The notes under the pieces: model-generated
The model's input: only the letters and a program-made list of their open reading frames with translations
Databases searched by the model: none
Told to the model about the DNA's origin: nothing
Position numbers and translations under genes: made by a program
DNA from: a virus
Lineage: Duplodnaviria > Heunggongvirae > Uroviricota > Caudoviricetes
Reading direction: 5' to 3' (one strand)
Length of the DNA: 64,000 bases
IMG/VR virus record: IMGVR_UViG_3300024268_000001
In this document: positions 27,136 through 37,362 of the stretch, in pieces
How positions within the stretch are numbered: position 1 is the first letter of the stretch
Layout: every line of letters begins with the position of its first letter

Positions 27136-27588
27136 ATGACTGATATTGAAAAACATCTTAACATGTTTATTGAAAAACACCAAAGCCTTGTTGCGGCCTA
27201 TAAGCACGTATTACCTATGGCTGGACAATGGGAATCTAAGTTTGGGTGTTACAGACGCGATAGTCGTTATGATGGATTTGAGGTGAATGCCCGTGATTAC
27301 TCGAATAACGACTTTGATCCTGGGATATTCATACACATTTGGCGGTATAACGAAAAACGAAACTATGCATTCAAGATGGATGCTTCTGTAAGATATACCC
27401 GAGAAAAGAAATTTGAATATACGATTGAATTCAACAGAAAGCGAGTCAATATGCCCTCAGTCCTTCATTATAAGAATAATGACGAACTGATTGCTGCATT
27501 TGAAGAATTCCTTAAGGAAGACTGCGATAAGTTGCTGAAAGCCGAGAAACAAAAAATAAACAATATTCTCAACAGTCTTCCGGGTTAA
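27136..27588 (+). CDS. hypothetical protein, xLPG-tail subfamily
   Basis: Leaderless-type start; ends ILNSLPG. Confidence 0.75.
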   Translation: MTDIEKHLNMFIEKHQSLVAAYKHVLPMAGQWESKFGCYRRDSRYDGFEVNARDYSNNDFDPGIFIHIWRYNEKRNYAFKMDASVRYTREKKFEYTIEFNRKRVNMPSVLHYKNNDELIAAFEEFLKEDCDKLLKAEKQKINNILNSLPG

Positions 27589-27623
27589 TTTACTATATTA
27601 AGATAAAACAACGAGGTAATTTA

Positions 27624-28604
27624 ATGAAAACTTCTGTGAATGTGTATAATCCGGATATTAAGCTTTGGTACCATGAAGATGCGTTCGAAGAAGGCTCGAT
27701 TGAAGAGTCTTTCACGAACAACAAGATCATCGCAGATATTGGTAACGTTGTAAGAAAGATGTGTCCGTCGATTAAGATGAAAATACACACAGATACGTAT
27801 TGCTGCAGTACCAGACCTAACTATAATGTTGTCTACAAGCTTTGCCGTGACATGGATGATGCTAATGATGTAGGATTCGGCATTAAGGTAGAATATATGT
27901 TGTGTTGTGACAATACTGAACAATATAGACTTTACCTTATGGAATACAAGGCCGGCAGTAGTAATGAACTCTATCTTCCGACCCGCCTGGAAAAGATGGC
28001 GGACAAACGGAACCGTTGTTATATCGACGAACATAACAAGAGATTCGTGTGCAACCGTAATGACAGCGAATATATCTGCAGCATTGTCGATGCCATGGTT
28101 ACGAAGTACCGCAGGGAAGCGAATGAAATCAAAGTCGCTAACTATGAAAAACAGAAAGCCCTTGAAGAAATGGCACATAACCTGGTTGACTGTGAACTTC
28201 TCGAGGTATGGCCGGACATTAAGAAACTGGTCTATGATAAGTTATACAGGGATCTTCCAGAGCCTAATGTTTCCGGAGCTGGTAAGGAAACCGTATTGAT
28301 TGACTGTGCATTTGGTCGTTGTCTGAAAATCCAGTTCTATTCAGAATATATGTGTCTCAGGTATCTCCGTGGTGTTAATACTGATGATACGAAATCGGAT
28401 TATTCTATACTCGGTCTTATCATGGCGGCTATGAATGACCGTAAGATTGATTATGACAAGCACATCCTGTATAAAGACAAGGACTTGATGTTTGAACTGA
28501 TTACCCGAATTTGCGAAGCATATCGAATATGTGTAAATGTACGATATAGCCCCTGGAGCAACATAAGTCAAGGGTTATTGCTTCCCGGAAAAATTGTTGA
28601 GTAA
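27624..28604 (+). CDS. hypothetical protein (326 aa)
   Basis: Own promoter and GAGG SD. Confidence 0.8.
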   Translation: MKTSVNVYNPDIKLWYHEDAFEEGSIEESFTNNKIIADIGNVVRKMCPSIKMKIHTDTYCCSTRPNYNVVYKLCRDMDDANDVGFGIKVEYMLCCDNTEQYRLYLMEYKAGSSNELYLPTRLEKMADKRNRCYIDEHNKRFVCNRNDSEYICSIVDAMVTKYRREANEIKVANYEKQKALEEMAHNLVDCELLEVWPDIKKLVYDKLYRDLPEPNVSGAGKETVLIDCAFGRCLKIQFYSEYMCLRYLRGVNTDDTKSDYSILGLIMAAMNDRKIDYDKHILYKDKDLMFELITRICEAYRICVNVRYSPWSNISQGLLLPGKIVE

Positions 28605-28620
28605 CGTTGAACAAAAAATA

Positions 28621-28662
28621 AAAAAGAGATTTGCTTACAAGGCAAGTCTCTTTTTCTATATT
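28621..28662 (+). promoter_or_regulatory. hairpin-enclosed promoter
   Basis: Arms AAAAAGAGATTTGC/GCAAGTCTCTTTTT; CTTACA 28634-28639; TATATT 28657-28662. Confidence 0.85.
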
Positions 28663-28685
28663 AAGAATATAAACGAGAGGAAATT

Positions 28686-29603
28686 ATGGTAAACGTCAAA
28701 TTAAATAACACGTGGTTTGAAGCCGGCGATAACGGACAGTTTTGCAGACTTGCATATTCTAATGCTATTAACGAGGCGATAAGAAGCATCAAAAACGAAT
28801 ATGGGGAATTCTCGCATTTCAATTTTGGTCGTTCCACTAACAGTGAAAATGCTAGCATTTATTTCCACACGCCGTTGTTTCCTTATCTCGGCTTAGACGA
28901 ACCTCGTGGGGATTGCCACCCGTCTATCCGCGTCTATGCTGTTATTGAGCTGGGTCGTGGCAAGAAACATATTGACGAGAAGCATTTACGTATTGACGTG
29001 GACATCTTGTGTCATGGTAAAGTTGGAGCTCCGCTTGAATACAAGACGTTGCAAAAGCGACTTGAAGAAAAAGTGGGACGCAGCATGGACATAGTGCGTT
29101 TTCAAAGCGATCTCACTGAAGAACAGCTCTTAGATGCAACATATTTTCCTAAGATGGTCAGCCGGTATCTTGAGGAAGCTCGAACAATGGTAAGGGAAAC
29201 TTGGAGAGAGATTCAGGACGGTCAAACCGCTCGTGAAATCGATCTGTCTGATGTCGGCCCGCATATCGAAGAAATCTTTAAGGCTCATGGTGTACCTGCG
29301 GGCGTAGAAACCAGTACAGATATTCAACGCACAGTTATTTGTATTAGTGGACTGGATGAAGATGAAGCAGGTACTCTCACGTTGGAGAATACAGGCGATC
29401 AGTGGTACATTACGTCCGGTACTTATTGCTACGGGTTTGTCAACGAACTGTTTGATTTGCCGAAATACCATCATAAGTCTTATATTAAGCCTGAAAAGTT
29501 TGATGAACTGTTCGGGATGATCGCAGAAGAGTTCAAGCATGAACATGAATTGCGTAAACGTTTTGCTAAGGTCCGCGGAGATTTCATAAGCGATGTCGAT
29601 TAA
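28686..29603 (+). CDS. hypothetical protein (305 aa)
   Basis: Own promoter and GAGAGG SD. Confidence 0.8.
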   Translation: MVNVKLNNTWFEAGDNGQFCRLAYSNAINEAIRSIKNEYGEFSHFNFGRSTNSENASIYFHTPLFPYLGLDEPRGDCHPSIRVYAVIELGRGKKHIDEKHLRIDVDILCHGKVGAPLEYKTLQKRLEEKVGRSMDIVRFQSDLTEEQLLDATYFPKMVSRYLEEARTMVRETWREIQDGQTAREIDLSDVGPHIEEIFKAHGVPAGVETSTDIQRTVICISGLDEDEAGTLTLENTGDQWYITSGTYCYGFVNELFDLPKYHHKSYIKPEKFDELFGMIAEEFKHEHELRKRFAKVRGDFISDVD

Positions 29604-29669
29604 GGTCTTTTAAGTTTACTAAGCTTGTTTTGTTTTCTATATTAAGAACATAAACAAGAGGTATTAAAT

Positions 29670-30554
29670 ATGGCACAATGGAAAGAAATTTACTCACATG
29701 TCAAGCGGTATGACCGCGGTCCTGAAACTTCGTACATGTGTAAAGTTCCGTCGAACTCTTTGTTTTACGATCGTACACATGTTGTCTCACAGGTCGCAGA
29801 CATGATGTTGACATTCCCTCGTAAACGTGACGGGTTTTCATATTATACTACCGATTACAAGAACACTGCGGTATCAGAAAACCTTGGCTATACGTTTGAT
29901 GGAGCTTTTAATGAAGTCATTGCGCTCAAAGATGCCGGCAAGATCGATATTAAGTTCGAAGTTCTCAAGAGAGAAAAATTGGTTAACATGTCGCTTGTTA
30001 CAAGGACATATTGTACTAAGCTCAATGAATATCTGATGGTGCATCTTGGTAACAAGACGAACAAGACGGTCTATGTGTCTGAATTCATCGAGAACGATTG
30101 CGAAATCATGCGGAATTATGTAAAGAATATCTGCACAGAGATAGACACACTGGTTGTCCAGTATTACAACAAGTATTTGAATTCTAACATGGAATTCGAT
30201 ATTGAATATATGGACAATATCGCCAGCACAAAAGAACATTTGAGCCAATGCGGTCTCAAATTTATTATTGAAGAACATGAGACAAAAGGAAGAAAGATTA
30301 TCGTTGGTGTCAATGAAGACGACTGTGCGTATATTTACACAGATCCCTGTAAGCTTGATGATACTTATGGGCGTCTTAATGACTTGTTGAAATTCATGGG
30401 TATTGAAAAACAGACGAAGGCCTTCAAGAGCTATGAAGATATGTTTGGGTTCATCAACACCTTTGCGGATCTCTATAAGATATATAAGAACAGTCTTGAC
30501 ACGAAGTTTAGCGGTATCTTTGATTGTTTTGTAAAGCCTGCTGAAGCCGCTTGA
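29670..30554 (+). CDS. hypothetical protein (294 aa)
   Basis: Own promoter and AAGAGG SD. Confidence 0.8.
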   Translation: MAQWKEIYSHVKRYDRGPETSYMCKVPSNSLFYDRTHVVSQVADMMLTFPRKRDGFSYYTTDYKNTAVSENLGYTFDGAFNEVIALKDAGKIDIKFEVLKREKLVNMSLVTRTYCTKLNEYLMVHLGNKTNKTVYVSEFIENDCEIMRNYVKNICTEIDTLVVQYYNKYLNSNMEFDIEYMDNIASTKEHLSQCGLKFIIEEHETKGRKIIVGVNEDDCAYIYTDPCKLDDTYGRLNDLLKFMGIEKQTKAFKSYEDMFGFINTFADLYKIYKNSLDTKFSGIFDCFVKPAEAA

Positions 30555-30575
30555 TTTTCCATAATACCTCGTTGT

Positions 30576-30608
30576 AAGACGGACACTGTATGGTGCTCCG
30601 TCTTTTTT
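30576..30608 (+). terminator. intrinsic terminator
   Basis: AAGACGGA/TCCGTCTT stem plus T run. Confidence 0.7.
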
Positions 30609-30675
30609 ATTTTCTTCTAATCTATTTTACAAATTCAATTTAAAATCCTATATTATAATCAAACAAGGAAATAAT

Positions 30676-31311
30676 ATGGCACGCAAACAAAGAAAAGAAA
30701 CTATCCTGGCCTTTAGCGACATTGTAAAGTCTTTTAACGCTAAAGTTAAGCACTTTGACACTATCGCCGAACACATGAGCAAGTTGCCCATGTTAGACAA
30801 GACTATTTGCAAAACGTATAACATGGATGATCCTGCAAAGGACTTGGTGGTCAAGTGTACTTACAGAATCCCGTTCAAGATGGTGGAATCTCAGTTCATG
30901 GACTGGGAAAACTATAGCCATAAGCTTCTTTGTGTTATTCCCGCGGCAATCATGAAAGAGAGTAAGTGTGAATTAACTGTTAAGTTCGATATTAACAAAA
31001 ACGGGAAAATTCGCTTTAAGATTGATAACCTGCATTATAATGTATGGCGGAACACAAGAAATGGCAAAGACTGGATTACTCCGGCTGAATCGAAGAGTGT
31101 TAAGGAAACGTCTGTTAGCGACATTATTAAAAACGCTCTGGAAGACAACAAGAGAAGTAAGGTGTCCGCGAGACGTATCACTGACGATTTCGAATGGTTC
31201 AAGGATGCAGTCGAAGCATGTCTTAAGGCAATGTCCTCTGATCAGCTGAGAGATGCATACCAGGCCCGAAACATCCTGACGACTGGCCGTGCGATTGCTA
31301 CTCTGAAATAA
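30676..31311 (+). CDS. hypothetical protein
   Basis: 211 aa; ends RAIATLK. Confidence 0.8.
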   Translation: MARKQRKETILAFSDIVKSFNAKVKHFDTIAEHMSKLPMLDKTICKTYNMDDPAKDLVVKCTYRIPFKMVESQFMDWENYSHKLLCVIPAAIMKESKCELTVKFDINKNGKIRFKIDNLHYNVWRNTRNGKDWITPAESKSVKETSVSDIIKNALEDNKRSKVSARRITDDFEWFKDAVEACLKAMSSDQLRDAYQARNILTTGRAIATLK

Positions 31312-31379
31312 AAATAATTAAGAATTAAGTAGACAATTAAGCCATTATTTCCTATATTATAATCAAACGAGAGGATATT

Positions 31380-32054
31380 ATGATTAACGCCAGTATGACA
31401 ATCGACCAAGCATTTGACGAGAATGCAAAGCTGTTCCAGTATTACGAGCAGGCCCGAAAGATTATTAAGGAATTCCCGTTCCAGGAATACCTGCATGTCG
31501 GCTTCGGCGCCGGCGCTCTTAAGTCCAATGAACTTACGTTCAACCTTGAATACAGTTTCGTTCCGACTTACTGCGAATCTCCGTTTAGAGGGTACTACCA
31601 GGACAAGGACACAAAACAGTGGTACTATACGGATGTTCCGTATGAATGGATTAACGATGTCGTAAAGTCTCAGCCTACCCTGATTGACTTCCAGATGAAA
31701 TACCGCATTGACAAGGACGAATGGACTATTAAGCCGAAATATGTCTCCATGCCTTCCTATATCAACCGTAAGGTTTTCCGCAAGATGGAACGAGGTCGTC
31801 TGATGGAATACAATGTTCGAATGGTCATCCAGAAAGACGGTGAAGACGATTGTATTTACAATGCCGTTCAGAAACTGATCGGGTATAGTGCTAAGTGTAA
31901 GGCAGCCAACGCCGTGGCTCGTAAGACCAATGACATCAGTTTCTTTAAGAATCTGTATACTCGGTTAATCCCGGCTATTAAGAAGGACAGCCTGTTTGAA
32001 GTCTTGCAGCTCGTTCAAGATGCTAAGAACAACCGAGCAATAAAAATTCTTTAA
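31380..32054 (+). CDS. hypothetical protein
   Basis: 224 aa; ends RAIKIL. Confidence 0.8.
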   Translation: MINASMTIDQAFDENAKLFQYYEQARKIIKEFPFQEYLHVGFGAGALKSNELTFNLEYSFVPTYCESPFRGYYQDKDTKQWYYTDVPYEWINDVVKSQPTLIDFQMKYRIDKDEWTIKPKYVSMPSYINRKVFRKMERGRLMEYNVRMVIQKDGEDDCIYNAVQKLIGYSAKCKAANAVARKTNDISFFKNLYTRLIPAIKKDSLFEVLQLVQDAKNNRAIKIL

Positions 32055-32110
32055 ATTCTGTTTAGTATTAAGTCGAAATTTGCTATATTATAATCAAAAC
32101 GAGGTATTAA

Positions 32111-32632
32111 ATGGTAAAGCTTAAAGAATTGTATCTGAAGTTTCAAAGCGAAGAATGGATGCGTGAAGGTATCAACGATGAATTCCGTGATGCCCTCGGT
32201 GAAGTTCTGAGCGATAAGAACCTGGAACACGTGATGTACTGGATGGAGATCCTGCAGGAATGTGGCCAGGGCGAACACCAAGACGAAATGGACGATTGGG
32301 TTCCATTTGACGAAGAGGTCCTCTGTAAGGGCCTGGAGTCCGCGGCAAAGCTCGTGCTGGACAAGCACAAGGCTGATGCTCTCAATGCGTTGAGCGTCCT
32401 TGACGGTGACGAGATCACCGAAGACTTACGCTCTGAACGTATGAAGGACCTTGAAGCCTTGAATGCACTCGACGGTGTTGATTTCCTCGAAGACCTGGAA
32501 AACCAGGGAACCGAAGAGACACCGAACCAGTCTGCAGGTCCGGGCATGTCGGGTAACATCAAGAAGTTGGGCAATCTTGGTGGTACTCAGGTCTATGGTG
32601 TTGGCCCTGGCGGAGCAACGATCAGCCTTTAA
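32111..32632 (+). CDS. acidic hypothetical protein with Gly-rich tail
   Basis: 173 aa; D/E-rich. Confidence 0.8.
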   Translation: MVKLKELYLKFQSEEWMREGINDEFRDALGEVLSDKNLEHVMYWMEILQECGQGEHQDEMDDWVPFDEEVLCKGLESAAKLVLDKHKADALNALSVLDGDEITEDLRSERMKDLEALNALDGVDFLEDLENQGTEETPNQSAGPGMSGNIKKLGNLGGTQVYGVGPGGATISL

Positions 32633-32735
32633 GCAATACCGAAAATAAATTTAATTCAAAATCTATTTACGGTTTGGTTTTAAATTACTATATTATAATC
32701 AAACGTTAAACAATTAAACCCAAGAGGATATAATT

Positions 32736-33716
32736 ATGGCAAACAAGAATCTTGAAACTCTCAGCGACTCCGAATTCGATGCAATCTTCGGTTGCCTCGA
32801 TGGTGACGACAATACCGTGGAACAGGAAGCTCCGATGGCTGTCGAAACTCCCGTGGTCGAAGCTAAGGTCGAACAGCCGGTTGTGACCGACAATGTTGAA
32901 GAAATTCAGCCGGTCACCAAGTCCGTGATTGCTGGCACGCGTCACATCAGCAAGCCCCGTGTGGTTGTCAACAAGTATGCGGGTATGGCTCCGTTGACCG
33001 CACAGGAATCCGACGAATTCAACGGCTGGCTCGCATCTCACGGCCTCTGCAAGACCATCGGCGGTTACGCATCTACTAAGCGTATGCGTGTCTACCGCAA
33101 CCTCGGAACCAAGAAGAACAAGCAGATCCACAGCCGTGACTGCATCTATGTGGTCTCCGCTGATGCTTGGCGTAAGAACAAGGAAGGCGTGAAGAAGGTC
33201 ATCCTGAAGCTCAGCCAGAAGCAGATGGACGCTCAGAACGTCGTCAAGGTCGCTGAATATCGTCAGCAGATGAACCAGATTGAAGAAGATCTGTTGATGA
33301 ACCACAACATCGTGATGAACTGGTACAACGGAAAGTCTGCGACTTTCAAGAAAATCCAGCACAAGATTGTGGCTCAGGACGTTCTTGAAGCTCTCAACGA
33401 CGCCGTGAAGCACAATGACAATTACGATGTTCGCAACATGCACCTCCAGCGTTTCCGCATGGGTGCTCAGATTGAAGAACTCGGTATCGCACCGCAGTAC
33501 GACTGGCGTAACTTCGACGTCATCGTGAAGGGTGGCAAGGTTGTGTGTGCCTACAGCTACCGCGATTTGATCCCGTTGTATTCTGAAACCTTCAAGACCG
33601 GTTTCTTCGACAAGTTCGGCTACAACACCGGAATTGTCAACAGCGAAACCGTTGAAAAGGTCAAGGCTCTCGGTGCTGAGCACCAGTGCTACGAAGCAGA
33701 AACTAAGGCTGTCTAA
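32736..33716 (+). CDS. hypothetical protein (326 aa; acidic N-terminus, basic core)
   Basis: Own promoter and SD; C-ending codons strongly favoured. Confidence 0.85.
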   Translation: MANKNLETLSDSEFDAIFGCLDGDDNTVEQEAPMAVETPVVEAKVEQPVVTDNVEEIQPVTKSVIAGTRHISKPRVVVNKYAGMAPLTAQESDEFNGWLASHGLCKTIGGYASTKRMRVYRNLGTKKNKQIHSRDCIYVVSADAWRKNKEGVKKVILKLSQKQMDAQNVVKVAEYRQQMNQIEEDLLMNHNIVMNWYNGKSATFKKIQHKIVAQDVLEALNDAVKHNDNYDVRNMHLQRFRMGAQIEELGIAPQYDWRNFDVIVKGGKVVCAYSYRDLIPLYSETFKTGFFDKFGYNTGIVNSETVEKVKALGAEHQCYEAETKAV

Positions 33717-33734
33717 GCCTTTTGGTTCTTCAAG

Positions 33735-33778
33735 ACAGATGGAATCCTGTGACGACAGGGTTCCTCTGTTATTTTTTT
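33735..33778 (+). terminator. intrinsic terminator
   Basis: ACAGATGGAATCCTGT-GACG-ACAGGGTTCCTCTGT plus T run. Confidence 0.7.
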
Positions 33779-33867
33779 CTCTTCTTTATTTGTTTACACT
33801 TTGGCTCCAATTTCCTATATTATAAATGTTGATAGTTCAATCAACGATTTCACAAGAGGTAATAATT

Positions 33868-35202
33868 ATGGCAAATACGTACGGTTTAACCTGCGAAGAG
33901 AAGTTTGAACGCATGCAGCAAACCCTGTATGTGATTTATCCGAGCATCGCGAGCTTCTATGCGATGTGCAACAAGCGTGTACTTCCGAAGGAATCCGGTG
34001 TGACGCTCCGCATGAACACTAAGGAAGGTTCGACGCCGTTCATCGAGTATACTGAAAGCTTCCTCAAGACTCTCAGTATCGAAAGTTTCACGGTTCTTAC
34101 GAGCATCGAACTCTTCCGCTTGCTTCTGCACCACATCACTACACGTCTTCAGCCGAATCCGGGGTTGACTGTGCAGGCTTCGAACTTCATCTGTTGCGAC
34201 TCGAAAATCCGCAACTGTCTGTTGCCCAAGGACTTGAAAGAGGTCTTCCCGGATGTCTCTGAACTTCTGGCGATGGAACCGAACTTCAACGTTGTCGAAG
34301 ACCTGTATCTTGAAAAGGTCTATGCGATTCTGGAACGTCAGAAGGGTGACGGAAAGGGACAAGGCCAAGGTGGTGGTGCTCCGCAGCCTCAGAGTCAACC
34401 GGGTGGCGGTGAAGGTGAAGGCGATGGTCAACCGCAGGATGGCGACGGTGATGGCGAAGGTAAGTCCGAGAAGGAACAGGAACAGGATTCTCTGAAGCGT
34501 CACTTCAGCGAACAGCAGAGCAAGAAGAACTCTGAAGGCTGGGGTGAAAACGAACTCGTTGACGCACAGGTTTCTGATGAGGTCAACAAGAGACAAATCA
34601 CCAGCTGGTCTGACGTTGGTGAAGGAATGCAGAAGAGAATTCTTAAGGCTAACGAACTTCAGTTTGACCCGTGGACTGTTATTAAGCGCTTCACGACTTC
34701 GGTCTTCTCCGATGCCATTGCATTCACGAGAATGCGTCCGAATCGCCGCCTTCCTGACATGACGGGTCTTCTGCCGGGTAAGCGTCACAGCATGAAGGCT
34801 AAGGTACTCTTTGCGATTGACTGCAGCGGTTCCATGGCTGAAAGCGAAATCGAACGTGGCTGTGCGGTCGTTAACTCTGCGCTCAAGCATGCTGAAGTGG
34901 ATTACTGCTTCTGGGATTGCGGTTGCTCTGACTTCACGAAGAAGCGCACCAAGGCTTCGGACTTCAAGGGTCTCGGTGGTGGTGGTACGAACCCGGATTG
35001 CGTCATCAAGAAGTTGGAAAAGGAAAAGGTGAGATACGATGGTCTCGTGTTCATCACTGACTGCTACTTCGATTGGCAGCAACCCGCAGGGAAGTACAAG
35101 ATTTTCATCCTGCACACCAAGGGTGCTGGTGAACCGCCGAGCTGGTGTCGCTGGCACTTGGGCATGGACGACATCGAAAAGATCCAGAAGTCCCGCTCTT
35201 AA
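33868..35202 (+). CDS. vWA-domain protein, DUF2201-like (metallopeptidase-like N-domain, G/Q/E linker, vWA)
   Basis: FAIDCSGSM, GGGGTN, LVFITDCY; start moved to ATG 33868 after AAGAGG. Confidence 0.85.
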   Translation: MANTYGLTCEEKFERMQQTLYVIYPSIASFYAMCNKRVLPKESGVTLRMNTKEGSTPFIEYTESFLKTLSIESFTVLTSIELFRLLLHHITTRLQPNPGLTVQASNFICCDSKIRNCLLPKDLKEVFPDVSELLAMEPNFNVVEDLYLEKVYAILERQKGDGKGQGQGGGAPQPQSQPGGGEGEGDGQPQDGDGDGEGKSEKEQEQDSLKRHFSEQQSKKNSEGWGENELVDAQVSDEVNKRQITSWSDVGEGMQKRILKANELQFDPWTVIKRFTTSVFSDAIAFTRMRPNRRLPDMTGLLPGKRHSMKAKVLFAIDCSGSMAESEIERGCAVVNSALKHAEVDYCFWDCGCSDFTKKRTKASDFKGLGGGGTNPDCVIKKLEKEKVRYDGLVFITDCYFDWQQPAGKYKIFILHTKGAGEPPSWCRWHLGMDDIEKIQKSRS

Positions 35203-35221
35203 TCTTTGCCTCAGTGAAACC

Positions 35222-35253
35222 AAGGGGTCAGCCGAAAGGTTGACCTCTTTTTT
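35222..35253 (+). terminator. intrinsic terminator
   Basis: GGGGTCAGCC-GAAA-GGTTGACCTC plus T run. Confidence 0.8.
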
Positions 35254-35339
35254 ATTGTAATATCGAAAATAAAATTTTAGATTGTTTAGTTTACAAAATT
35301 GAAATTAAATTCTATATTAAGATAAAAAGAGGTTATTGA

Positions 35340-35909
35340 ATGATAAAAAGATATAAGATAAGGACTTCTGCGACTTGGTGGGAGAAGGAAGGTGACCCGA
35401 ACGTGTATGTCTACGGCAACGTCGACGCGGCCGGTGAACCTACGAATGACGGTTTCTTTAAAGACTCGACCAACAACGCGATCTTCCCTCGTGCACGCAA
35501 GAAGCTTCTCCGCACGGCCATAGTGGAGGAAACCCAGGCTTACAAGTTCTTTGAACAGTTCAACTACAGTTCCCAAAGGGATTCGGACGGTATGAGCGTC
35601 AAGCCTACAGGCGAGTTTCGCCGTTATGTCGATGTGGTTGGACGAAAGAAAACGACGGGCACGAAGTCCACGTATGTGAAGGGGGAATACAAGAGCCATA
35701 CCTATAACACTACTGTGAACATCTACAAGCTGAACTGGGCTGGCCAGCAAAAGCGCGACGAACTGCGGAAGGAACAGAAACCGGATTTGACGAGTGTCAA
35801 CCAGCGTTTAGCTGAAGAGATCAAGCGTGCAGAAAAGGAATCCGCCCGGTTCTTCGGAGCCTATCACAACTGGAACGTCGAAAACCTGCTCAGCAAGCTC
35901 GACATTTAA
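35340..35909 (+). CDS. hypothetical protein
   Basis: 189 aa; own promoter and SD. Confidence 0.8.
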   Translation: MIKRYKIRTSATWWEKEGDPNVYVYGNVDAAGEPTNDGFFKDSTNNAIFPRARKKLLRTAIVEETQAYKFFEQFNYSSQRDSDGMSVKPTGEFRRYVDVVGRKKTTGTKSTYVKGEYKSHTYNTTVNIYKLNWAGQQKRDELRKEQKPDLTSVNQRLAEEIKRAEKESARFFGAYHNWNVENLLSKLDI

Positions 35910-36139
35910 TTTGATAAAAAATAAGTTTAACCCTTAACCCAAAATTACTATCTTATAAAGCATGTTGAATATCGAATGTTTAATGATTGAAATTCCTGCG
36001 GGTTTTACGAAGCTCGCTGGAACAACGAAAGAAAAAATCTTAAATCTTTTCGTTTACAACTCAATCTTAAAATTCTATATTTAACACGTAAGCAATAACG
36101 CTTACAACGTTCAACAAATCAACAAAAGGAAATCTGAAT

Positions 36140-37294
36140 ATGAATATTGCTCAGCTCACCAAAGCCATCAAGTATCTGCCCACCCGTAAGTCCATTCTTC
36201 TCAAGGGTACCCACGGTATCGGCAAGACTGAATGGGTCTCTCACATGGCCGATGTCCTCGGTCTCAAGCTGGTCATCTGGCATGCAAGCCATGCTGCAGA
36301 TGCTGGCGACATCACTGGTCTTCCTTTCCGCATCACTGAAACGGATGCTGAAACTGGCAAGAGCTACGAAGTGACTCGCTTTGCTAAGCCGCAGTGGATG
36401 ATCCAGAACAAGCCGGTGCTTCTGTTGCTCGACGAAATCAACCGTGGCCTCAGCATCGCTTTGAATGCTATCATGCAGCTCACGAACAACGGCACTTACG
36501 ATGACATCAGCCTCCCTGAAGGTTCTCGCATCTTCGCATGTATCAACCCTGAAGAAGACGGTAAGTACGATGTGGGTACTATGGACGCAGCTCAGCTTGA
36601 CCGCTTTGCTATCTACGAATTCAAGCCGACTGTGGAAGAATGGCTTGAATGGGCTGTCAAGAAGGGTTTGGACTACCGTGTGACCGGGTACATCCAGAGC
36701 CATCCGACGAACCTCGACCCGTATACGAACCAGGAACTTGTCAAGTCTGTCCAGGGTCACGACTGTGCAGTTCTTCCTTCTCGTCGTTGCTGGGAACAGG
36801 TCAGCGACACCATCAAGAATGGTGAAGCTGATAAGGCTTGGGAAGGCGGTGAAGGTCACAAGCTTCTCACTGAAATTGTTGCTGGTCTCGTGGGCAGCGG
36901 AGCTGCTCTTGACTTCATCAGCTACTTCAAGGCTCAGGATAATGCACTCTCGCCGAAGATGTTGATGGAAGCTGAAAAGATTGATGCTTCCCTGAAGCAG
37001 AAGATTGAAAAGCTCTGCAAGACCGACTTCCCGAACGCAGTCAAGCTCGTCGGTGGTTGCACGCTCTGGATGAAGGAACACGAAAAGGAAATCCCGGGCG
37101 AAGTCGGAGCTCGTATGGCTCACAACTTCTACGACGTCCTTGAAGCTCTCAACAAGGACACTCGAATCGCTGCGGTCAAGGACTGTGTGATTGAAGCTGT
37201 GAAGAAGCAGGAAGCTTGGGCCATCGGCATCAGCAAGCACGAATCTCGACTCAAGGCACTCTACAAGAATGCTATGATTAGCCGAGACCTGTAA
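36140..37294 (+). CDS. MoxR-type AAA+ ATPase (partner of the vWA protein)
   Basis: GTHGIGKT, LLLDEINRG, FACINP, DAAQLDRF. Confidence 0.9.
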   Translation: MNIAQLTKAIKYLPTRKSILLKGTHGIGKTEWVSHMADVLGLKLVIWHASHAADAGDITGLPFRITETDAETGKSYEVTRFAKPQWMIQNKPVLLLLDEINRGLSIALNAIMQLTNNGTYDDISLPEGSRIFACINPEEDGKYDVGTMDAAQLDRFAIYEFKPTVEEWLEWAVKKGLDYRVTGYIQSHPTNLDPYTNQELVKSVQGHDCAVLPSRRCWEQVSDTIKNGEADKAWEGGEGHKLLTEIVAGLVGSGAALDFISYFKAQDNALSPKMLMEAEKIDASLKQKIEKLCKTDFPNAVKLVGGCTLWMKEHEKEIPGEVGARMAHNFYDVLEALNKDTRIAAVKDCVIEAVKKQEAWAIGISKHESRLKALYKNAMISRDL

Positions 37295-37326
37295 GACTTG
37301 TGAGCCTTCGGGCTCTTTGTTGAACG

Positions 37327-37362
37327 AAAGGTGGTAGTCTGAAATATGACTACCACTTTTTT
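37327..37362 (+). terminator. intrinsic terminator, preceded by a GAGCC-TTCG-GGCTC hairpin
   Basis: GGTGGTAGTC/GACTACCACT plus T run. Confidence 0.8.

Noticed and set aside
35952-36084. 40-aa ORF MLNIECLMIEIPAG... behind a TATCTT box
   Set aside because: Its 3' part runs through the next promoter and it has no homolog in the window, so it is probably a remnant.
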